Shown in pieces: positions 56,698 to 64,000 of a DNA stretch of 64,000 bases. This DNA comes from an archaeon GW2011_AR15. Its GTDB lineage: Archaea > Nanobdellota > Nanobdellia > Woesearchaeales > GW2011-AR15. How positions within the stretch are numbered: the first letter of the stretch is position 1; each line of letters begins with the position of its first letter. The notes beneath the pieces are model-generated. The model saw nothing but the letters and a program-made list of their open reading frames with translations. It had not been told where the DNA came from and did no database searches. The translations under genes and the position numbers were made by a program. The DNA is taken from contig CP010425.1 of NCBI GenBank assembly GCA_000830295.1, positions 736,001-800,000 on the forward strand, given 5' to 3'.

Positions 56698-57430
56698 GTT
56701 CTGTCATTTCTCTCTGGTTTGTCAGAATTCTGTTGAGCCTCATGCGCCTTGTCAGCTCTGTAAATGTATTGAGGGCAAGCTCATGCGTGTTATTATTTTG
56801 GCTTATATGCGCCAGAAAAACGGTCTTTAGCCTGCTTGAGGCATTTTCATTTACGAGAAGACCGGCATCAACATTTGAAAGATGTCCGGTATCACCCAAT
56901 ATCCTCTGTTTTAGGTGATATGGATAAGGCCCGTCAAGCACCATGTCAATATCATGGTTTGTTTCAATGACAAGCGCATCAGCATTGTTCGCTATCCTTT
57001 CCACAGCACCATCGTATTTTCCTAAATCAGTAAATACCCCGAGTGATTTTATTTTGTTCTTTATATGGAATCCGACAGGGTCAGCAGCATCATGGCTTAC
57101 AGAAACAGGTGTTATAGCCATCTCCCTGAATTTAAATTCGCTATTCCCAAAAAAATTTGCACGGATGCTTAAGGGAAGCGCACCATGAGTCTTCTTATTC
57201 ATGAAGACAGGAATGCCAAGCCTGTCCAGCCGTTCAAGCCCACTTATATGGTCTGCATGCTCATGGGTTACGAAAACCCCGTGTATGTCAGAAATATCTT
57301 TCCCGATTTCTTTAAGGGAGTTTATAATTTGTCTTGCCGAGATGCCTGCATCAATAAGGATAGAAGTCTCATCGGTCTCAACATAAGTGCAGTTGCCTGA
57401 GCTGCCTGATGCAAAAACAGATGTTCTCAT
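56684..57430 (-). CDS. Metallo-beta-lactamase-fold hydrolase (YycJ/WalJ-like)
   Basis: ASGSSGN, THEHADH, SHDA, GHLSN. Confidence 0.9.
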   Translation of the reverse strand: MRTSVFASGSSGNCTYVETDETSILIDAGISARQIINSLKEIGKDISDIHGVFVTHEHADHISGLERLDRLGIPVFMNKKTHGALPLSIRANFFGNSEFKFREMAITPVSVSHDAADPVGFHIKNKIKSLGVFTDLGKYDGAVERIANNADALVIETNHDIDMVLDGPYPYHLKQRILGDTGHLSNVDAGLLVNENASSRLKTVFLAHISQNNNTHELALNTFTELTRRMRLNRILTNQREMTELIQL

Positions 57431-57493
57431 GCATTAACCTGTTTAAAACTCACTATAAATAGTTTTTGGTGGATAAGCAGCTATATTTTTGAA

Positions 57494-59950
57494 TTAGCTG
57501 ATAACCCTGCTGACATTATCAATCTTGTTTATCCTGAGGATACTATCTACATAACTTTCCATCTTTGGCTCATGGCTGACTATTATTGTCTGTTTCATAT
57601 CAAGTGCCCTGAGCACATCCCTTACTTTGTCAAGCTGCTCTGTTGAAAATCCATCTGTGGGCTCATCCAGTATTATTAACTCCTTGGTTCTTATCCTTGG
57701 TATAAGGTCATTTATAACCCTGTTCAGGGCAAGCCTGTAGGCAAGCGCGACAGAAGTCTTCTCTCCGCCTGAAAGACCTTCAACAGAAGCCTCATATCCG
57801 TCCTGAATTACTCTGACAGAAAACTCCTCATCCAGCTCAATGTCAATATCATCTATCAGAATCGAGAACCATTCTTTGACAAGAGAATTGAACTCCCTGT
57901 GTATTGAGACCATGATGTGTTTTTCCATTGTAGACATTAGATTCAGGAAGAATGATTCAAACCAGTTGAGTATAAGATTCAATTCTTTTATTTTCTCCTT
58001 TACCTTGTCCATTTCCCTTATCCTCTTCCTTATATCTTCAATATTTTCCCGCAGGTATTTCCTTTCCTGAGTGAGAGAAACAATATCTATCTCAGCGGCT
58101 TTCTGCTTTTCCAGAGCCTCCTCAAGCTTTTTCTTCTGTTTTTCATGAAGATCGGAGATTGCGGAATATGCATTAATGCCTTTTTCCAATTCCTTAATCT
58201 CTTTTAGCGCAACTTCAAGCTCTTTTTTAGCTTTTTCAAGGTCTTCCCTTAGCTTATCTGATTCTTCCTTTTCCTGCTTTTCCAGTTCAGCGATATTTTT
58301 CTTTTCTCTGTATCTAAGATTATTGTCTCTTGCAGCAGAGAGCTCTTTTTTTACGGAATCTATCTGCTGCTTTAGTGCAGTTTCATCTTCAAGCTTCTTT
58401 TCACCAATCTCTATTTTCTTTTCATAGAGCCTGCTGAGCTCTTTCTGCTTCTTTACTATCTGTGAGGCAGCGGATTCCATCTCTGCCAGCTTCTGCTTCA
58501 GCTCGCTTCTTGACTCCTGAAGACCTGCTATTTTTCCAATATTTTTCCTCAGCTTTTCCATATTTTTGGAAATTTTCTCTGCAATCCCATTTATTTTTTT
58601 CCACTCTTCCTGATTCTGCCTGATTGAGTCTTCTTCCTTTTCTGCGACTTCCCGCCTGTGTTTCTCATCCAGGCTGCGCCTGCATGTAGGGCAGATCTCT
58701 GCAGTTTTTATCTGCTCTATAATCTTTTCAGAGTTTCTTATCTTTATCTCGCACTTCTGGAGCGCAAAGTTGGCTTTTTTATCTTTTTCAAGAAGGTCCT
58801 CCAGCATCTTTTCCTGCTCTGCTTTTTTTGCGATGCTCTTCTCAAGCCCTTCTATCTTATCCTTTAGTATGATTGACTCTCTTGATTTCTTGGACATCTC
58901 TTTTACCTCATCTTCAAGAGACTTAATCTGCTCTGCATATATCCCAAGCTTTTCCCTGACAGAAAATTTTTCTTTTACAACTTCAGAATGTTTTTCCTGC
59001 AGCCCTGAAAGAGTCTCTTCAAGTTCTTTCTCATGCTTCAGCTCTCTTATCTCAGCATAACCTCTAAGCTTTTTTCCAAGAGTCTCTATTTTCTTTTTTG
59101 ATTCCTCTGCTTTGCTGTCCAGAGTGTCAATGACAGATTTTTTTGCCCCTGCCTGCGCTTTCTTCACTTCAAGGTTTTTCTTCAGCTCATTGTACTTTTC
59201 TATATCCTTCTCATGTTCCCTTAAAACAGTTTTTTCCCTGTTTACAATTTCTCCCAAGACTACAAGATATTTATCTTTTTTTGATATCTCCTGCTCTACT
59301 AGACTTTCTTTTTTTTCTTTTTCCTCCAGCTCCCCAGAAATCTCGCCATAACCTTCCAGCCTGACATTCAGTTCAGAAATTCTCCTTTTTACTTCTCTTA
59401 CAAAGATTACAGAATTCTCCTTTACTGACTTATACCTGTCTATACCAAACACCTTTCTTAAGGTGTCAAGCCTGAGGTCTTTATCTTCAAAGATTATTTC
59501 TTTCATCTCTTCCTGGGCAGTATAAACAGTAAACCTGTATATCAGGGATTTTGACTTTGTAATAAGCTCTTCAGGATAGCCAAGTATTTCTATTATTTTT
59601 GCCTTAAGCTCAACAGGAGTCGCCTCCAGCTTCTTCCCGTTTACAAGAAGATAGCCGCTGTCCTGAGTTACAGAAGCCTTTCCCCTCCTGAGAGTCCTTT
59701 TTATTACATACTCTGTCTTGTCTATCTCAAACTTTAATTCAACAGAGCCTTTGCTTGCGCTGTGCCTGAGCAATGCTGCGCCGCTCAGTCCTGAACGCAA
59801 TATCCCAAAAAGGGCAAACTCGACAGCCAGAAGAACAGTTGATTTTCCGGACCCAATGTCCCCGCTGAGCAGCACAGAGCCGCTGGGAAAATCTATTTTC
59901 TCACTTATGTAGGTTCTTATGTTTTCAAGCTTTAATGAGCGGAGAATCAT
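57494..59950 (-). CDS. rad50: Rad50/SbcC-family SMC-like ATPase
   Basis: GDIGSGKS, central CPTC zinc hook, LSGGE, LDEPT, SH. Confidence 0.88.
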   Translation of the reverse strand: MILRSLKLENIRTYISEKIDFPSGSVLLSGDIGSGKSTVLLAVEFALFGILRSGLSGAALLRHSASKGSVELKFEIDKTEYVIKRTLRRGKASVTQDSGYLLVNGKKLEATPVELKAKIIEILGYPEELITKSKSLIYRFTVYTAQEEMKEIIFEDKDLRLDTLRKVFGIDRYKSVKENSVIFVREVKRRISELNVRLEGYGEISGELEEKEKKESLVEQEISKKDKYLVVLGEIVNREKTVLREHEKDIEKYNELKKNLEVKKAQAGAKKSVIDTLDSKAEESKKKIETLGKKLRGYAEIRELKHEKELEETLSGLQEKHSEVVKEKFSVREKLGIYAEQIKSLEDEVKEMSKKSRESIILKDKIEGLEKSIAKKAEQEKMLEDLLEKDKKANFALQKCEIKIRNSEKIIEQIKTAEICPTCRRSLDEKHRREVAEKEEDSIRQNQEEWKKINGIAEKISKNMEKLRKNIGKIAGLQESRSELKQKLAEMESAASQIVKKQKELSRLYEKKIEIGEKKLEDETALKQQIDSVKKELSAARDNNLRYREKKNIAELEKQEKEESDKLREDLEKAKKELEVALKEIKELEKGINAYSAISDLHEKQKKKLEEALEKQKAAEIDIVSLTQERKYLRENIEDIRKRIREMDKVKEKIKELNLILNWFESFFLNLMSTMEKHIMVSIHREFNSLVKEWFSILIDDIDIELDEEFSVRVIQDGYEASVEGLSGGEKTSVALAYRLALNRVINDLIPRIRTKELIILDEPTDGFSTEQLDKVRDVLRALDMKQTIIVSHEPKMESYVDSILRINKIDNVSRVIS

Positions 59951-59988
59951 AGGCTAATGATATTTTGTTTATATAAAAAGATTGTGCA

Positions 59989-60612
59989 CTAGAAGCTCAG
60001 GACATCCATTGCACCGGCAAGGTCTTTTTCATCTACTATTATCATCAGGTCAGTCCAGCAGCTCATCTCCTCCAGGATATTTATCCCTTTTTCTGCAAGA
60101 AGGCCATAAACATGATTCACAACTCCGGGAGTGCTCTCTATTTCTGGGTCAAAAAGTATGGCAATCTGGACAAGGTTTTCGCTGCATTTGATAAGCCAGC
60201 TCTTAAAGCTCTCTTTCACCTCCTCTGCATATTTGGAATTAGTTACAAGAGTTAGTGTATCTTCCCCTTCTATAAGATTAAAGTCTCCCTTCTCTCTTTT
60301 CACTTTCTTCTGAAATACATAGACCCTTTCCATGTCCTTTGGCTTGTCCATTATAGCCACAAGTATCCTGTTCCTGATCCTGATTTTTACGTTTTTCAGA
60401 AGCCGAAGTATATCTTTCTCCTGGGTTTCACTCTCCTTAAGTTTTAAGAAATGCCTTCTTATTGCAATCAGTACGGCATCAAACCTGTCTATTTTATGTT
60501 CCCTGCATATCTGCCTTGCAAGGGCAGAATAGTTGACCAGGCCTTTGGCTACACAATCTCTTATACTCGGATGGCCCGATATATATTCTTCTGTCAGCTT
60601 AGTTATGTTCAT
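59989..60612 (-). CDS. Archaeal HTH + ACT-domain regulator-like protein
   Basis: GLVNYSALAR, ETPGV-like ESTPGVV, GINILE.MSCWTD. Confidence 0.8.
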   Translation of the reverse strand: MNITKLTEEYISGHPSIRDCVAKGLVNYSALARQICREHKIDRFDAVLIAIRRHFLKLKESETQEKDILRLLKNVKIRIRNRILVAIMDKPKDMERVYVFQKKVKREKGDFNLIEGEDTLTLVTNSKYAEEVKESFKSWLIKCSENLVQIAILFDPEIESTPGVVNHVYGLLAEKGINILEEMSCWTDLMIIVDEKDLAGAMDVLSF

Positions 60613-60833
60613 AAGGGAATGCCTCTACCTTAAACCTTTTCAGGATATTGAGAATACTGGTTTCAAATACAAACGGCCGTATGTCAAAATATCTTTTTAG
60701 TTCTGTCTGCTTCTCCATGGAGCAGGGGTAGTAAATACTTATATTTAAAATTTGTCCTATTTTAGACATAAATGTTCTAAATTGTTACATTCTGGACGAT
60801 ACTTTCTTAAATACTTCCAGCACACCAGGGCTT

Positions 60834-62084
60834 ATGAAAAACGGCTATATGAAAGTATCCTCATACGAAGGCAAAGAAGGAAAGGTAAAGAAAGTAGTGC
60901 TTCTTTATTCAGGAGGACTCGATACAAGCTGTATACTGAAGTGGATACAGGATAAATACAGGGTAGAAGTGATTGCCGTCTGCATGGACCTTGGACAGCA
61001 GGCAGATGACCTTCAGAAAATCAAAGAAAAAGCCCTGAAGCTTGGCGCAGTAAAAGTATATGTTCTCGATGTCAAGGATGAATTTGCGGAGCAATATATC
61101 TCCAAGCTTATCAAGGCAAATGGCTCATATCAGGGAGATTACCATATAAGTACAATTTCAAGGTATATAATGGCAAAAAAAGCAATAGAGATTGCCGGAA
61201 AGGAAGGCGCAGATGCTATTGCACACGGCTGCACAGGGAAGGGCAACGATCAGGTCAGAATAGAGGCAACAGCGCTTGCCTTAAAACCGGATATAAAGAT
61301 AATTGCACCTGTAAGGGAATGGGCAATGGGCCGTGACGAGGAGATTGAATATGCAAAAAAGCATGGCATAGAGGTACTGCAGACAGAAGAGTTTCCATAT
61401 TCCTCTGATGATAATATGTGGGGAGTCACGTGGGAAGGGGGAGAGATAGAGGATAATTATGCAGTGCCGAAAATCAGCAAATTCCTTAATATAACTCTTC
61501 CGGAAAACGCCCCTGACAAGCCTGAGTATATAGAGATTGGATTTGAGGAGGGGATTCCTGTTTCGATTAAAGGGAAAAAAATGAAGCTTGCTGAGCTTAT
61601 AATAGAACTGAATAAAATCGGGAAAAAACACGGGATTGGCCTAGTTTACATGGTGGAAGACAGGCTTGTCGGGCTGAAAGTCCGCGGAGTGTATGAGCAT
61701 CCTGGAGCCCACATAATCATTGAGGCTCATAAAAAACTGGAGCTTTTTGTATGCACAAGAGCAGAAAATGAATTCAAACAGCAGGTAGACAGCAAGTGGT
61801 CATACATGTGCTATGCTGCGCAATGGATGGATCCCCTGATGGAGGACCTTAATGCTTTTTGTGACAGTATAAACAAGAGAGTCACCGGGAAAGTCAAGGT
61901 AAAACTCTATAAAGGAAAAGCCGAAATTGTTGCGCTGGACTCAAAGAATGCGCTCTATGACAGGAAACTTGCAACATTCATGAAAGATTACAGCTTCAAC
62001 CAGAACTGCAGCCCGGGATTCATTGAAATATACAGCCTGCAGATGAAACTGGCAAATCAGGTGAACAGCAAAAATGAAACATAG
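60834..62084 (+). CDS. argG: Argininosuccinate synthase
   Basis: YSGGLDTS, HGCTGKGNDQVR, VGLKVRGVYE. Confidence 0.96.
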   Translation: MKNGYMKVSSYEGKEGKVKKVVLLYSGGLDTSCILKWIQDKYRVEVIAVCMDLGQQADDLQKIKEKALKLGAVKVYVLDVKDEFAEQYISKLIKANGSYQGDYHISTISRYIMAKKAIEIAGKEGADAIAHGCTGKGNDQVRIEATALALKPDIKIIAPVREWAMGRDEEIEYAKKHGIEVLQTEEFPYSSDDNMWGVTWEGGEIEDNYAVPKISKFLNITLPENAPDKPEYIEIGFEEGIPVSIKGKKMKLAELIIELNKIGKKHGIGLVYMVEDRLVGLKVRGVYEHPGAHIIIEAHKKLELFVCTRAENEFKQQVDSKWSYMCYAAQWMDPLMEDLNAFCDSINKRVTGKVKVKLYKGKAEIVALDSKNALYDRKLATFMKDYSFNQNCSPGFIEIYSLQMKLANQVNSKNET

Positions 62085-63438
62085 AAACAAAGTTTTTTCA
62101 GGTTTAGAGAACCATGGATTTTCTAAACTCTGGGATAAAGGGCATGACCTAAATAAGAAGGCAGAGAAATTTACAGTAGGAGATGACTGTCTATTGGATC
62201 AGAAACTCCTGTACTGGGACTGTGTTGCCAGCATTGCCCATGCCAGCATGCTGAAAAAAATCGGGATTTTGACAGAGAAAGAATTTTATGAAATAAAAAA
62301 AAGATTGCTGGAGATAATTGAACTTGACAAGAAAGGCAAATTCCAGATAAAGCAGGAGCAGGAAGACAGCCATACAGCAATAGAAAACTATCTCACGGGA
62401 AAATTAGGGGAGACAGGACAAAAAATCCATACAGCCCGTTCAAGAAATGACCAGTCTTTTGTAAATATTAAATTATATATGAAAAACGAGATGCTGGGAA
62501 CACAGGAAGCAATCTTGGAGCTGTGCAAAGCACTTCTTTTGTTCAGCAGGAAAAACAATGTTGTTTTTCCTGGCTATACACATATGCAGAAAGCAATGCC
62601 CTCTAATGTATCACTCTGGGCAGCCTCTTTTATTGACTCTATGATTGATAACCTGATGTATATAGATTCCCTCTATAAAATAATTGACAGTTGCCCTCTC
62701 GGAAGCGCTGCCGGCTATGGTGTGCCGCTTGAGATAGACAGGAAGTATGTTTCTGATCTGCTGGGGTTTTCAGAAGTGCAGGATAATGCTATCTACGTGC
62801 AGAGCTCAAGGGGAAAAACAGAAGCCATGCTGCTGTCCTCTCTGGCGAACATAATGCAGGACCTGAATAAGCTGGCTACTGACCTTATTTTGTTCTCGAT
62901 GCCTGAATTCGGCTATTTTGAACTGCCTCAGGAATTCTGCACAGGAAGCTCTATAATGCCGCAGAAAAAGAACCCAGATGTGCTTGAATTACTGAGGGCA
63001 AAATCAAGCGTGGTGCTCTCATTATATCTTCAGGCCATGAGCCTCATCCAGAATCTCCCGACAGGCTATAACAGGGATTTTCAGCTGGCCAAAAAGCCAT
63101 TGATTGAAGGGATTGATATAACAAAGGAATCACTTAGCATAGCTGCAGAGATACTAGGGAAATTGAAGATAGATAAAGAGAAGTGCAGAGCTGCAATGTC
63201 CAAAGAATTGTTTGCTACTGATCTTGCATATGAATATGTCAAAAAAGGCATGCCGTTCAGGAAGGCCTATAAGACGGCAGCAGAAAATATTGATGAAATC
63301 AAGACTGAATCATTTATCGGAAGATACAATATGAAATTAGATTTAGATGCAGCTGAAAAAGAGATTAAGGATATTGAGGATAAACTAACAGAAAAGAAGA
63401 AATTTCTGATAGGGAAGATTGCTTCGCTTCTTAATTAA
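62074..63438 (+). CDS. argH: Argininosuccinate lyase
   Basis: HTARSRNDQ, PGYTHMQ, GSSIMPQKKNPD, GYNRD. Confidence 0.96.
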   Translation: MKHRNKVFSGLENHGFSKLWDKGHDLNKKAEKFTVGDDCLLDQKLLYWDCVASIAHASMLKKIGILTEKEFYEIKKRLLEIIELDKKGKFQIKQEQEDSHTAIENYLTGKLGETGQKIHTARSRNDQSFVNIKLYMKNEMLGTQEAILELCKALLLFSRKNNVVFPGYTHMQKAMPSNVSLWAASFIDSMIDNLMYIDSLYKIIDSCPLGSAAGYGVPLEIDRKYVSDLLGFSEVQDNAIYVQSSRGKTEAMLLSSLANIMQDLNKLATDLILFSMPEFGYFELPQEFCTGSSIMPQKKNPDVLELLRAKSSVVLSLYLQAMSLIQNLPTGYNRDFQLAKKPLIEGIDITKESLSIAAEILGKLKIDKEKCRAAMSKELFATDLAYEYVKKGMPFRKAYKTAAENIDEIKTESFIGRYNMKLDLDAAEKEIKDIEDKLTEKKKFLIGKIASLLN

Positions 63439-63532
63439 TCCATAAAATCAACACCAACAAAATTTATAAACAAAGGAAATTTAGTAGCTTCCTTAGGATG
63501 GGGGCAGCAGCAGGGTTCTTGGAGGAATTAGT

Positions 63533-63943
63533 TTGACAATTTCTTTTGATACTTTCATGAAGCTCATCAGAAAAAGCGTTGAGCTTGATCCCTGGATAAA
63601 AGAAACAGGGATTGACGGATACGGGGAGTTTATGATTGAGGAGACTAATGAAGTTATAGAGGCCCTGAAGAGCAGTGATACTGAAAACCTGAAGGAGGAG
63701 CTTGGTGACCTGCTGAGCCTCTGGGCAATTGTCTGCATGCTTGCTGAAGAAGAGAAGCTATTTGATACTGAGGAAGTCATAAAGAGAGCGATAGAAAAGA
63801 TAAAGAGCAGAAGGCCTTATGTTTTTGAGGATAGGGAAGTTTCAATTGAAGAGGCAGTCAGGATATGGTATGCTGCAAAAGATAAAGAAAAAGCGCAGAA
63901 AAATGGAATTTCAGAGCGCAATCAATCTGGTTTTCAAAAGTAA
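63533..63943 (+). CDS. MazG-family nucleotide pyrophosphohydrolase
   Basis: DPW, EE..E, EELGDLL, RRPYVF. Confidence 0.88.
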   Translation: MTISFDTFMKLIRKSVELDPWIKETGIDGYGEFMIEETNEVIEALKSSDTENLKEELGDLLSLWAIVCMLAEEEKLFDTEEVIKRAIEKIKSRRPYVFEDREVSIEEAVRIWYAAKDKEKAQKNGISERNQSGFQK

Positions 63944-64000
63944 TTTAAGCATTATGTTATTCTCTCTTTTAATTGCTGGAGATGATAAAGCATGACGCTG

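Noticed and set aside
60599-60718. 39-aa minus-strand ORF (MEKQTELKRYF..) upstream of the ACT gene as a leader peptide
   Set aside because: No motif and no marked Arg enrichment. It cannot be supported beyond a TATA-like tract at plausible spacing.

Overview
This window is from an archaeal chromosome, most likely DPANN/Woesearchaeota-like. That is inferred from Topo VI A/B, Rpo7-Spt4-S24e-S27ae, L1-P0-P1, L35Ae, NMD3, BRE/TATA promoters, BHB-type tRNA introns and CCA-less tRNA genes. The main contents are: (1) a ~16 kb copper/thiol-redox island (5.7-21.5 kb) with CopA, a multicopper oxidase, DUF411, DsbA, a c-type cytochrome, Cys/His/Met-rich proteins, an unannotated metallothionein-like peptide, four membrane-anchored winged-helix regulators and a shared GTTTCA operator around TATA boxes; (2) seven tRNA genes plus a D-armless tRNA-Pro fragment; (3) housekeeping genes; (4) a long intergenic region with 15-bp repeats between AT-rich tracts; (5) argG/argH. 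The strongest unexplained signal is a family of 55-100 bp hairpin modules attached to five of the seven tRNA genes. Each module carries a copy of its own tRNA's 3' end (or 5' end), and modules on unrelated tRNAs share structural motifs with covariation. Related sequence also appears inside two tRNA introns. No cognate enzyme is encoded in the window. The supplied ORF track gives the wrong strand for 39711..40634 (it is minus) and misses several ORFs under 60 aa, which I translated by hand. Protein family calls come from motif recognition only; no database search was run.
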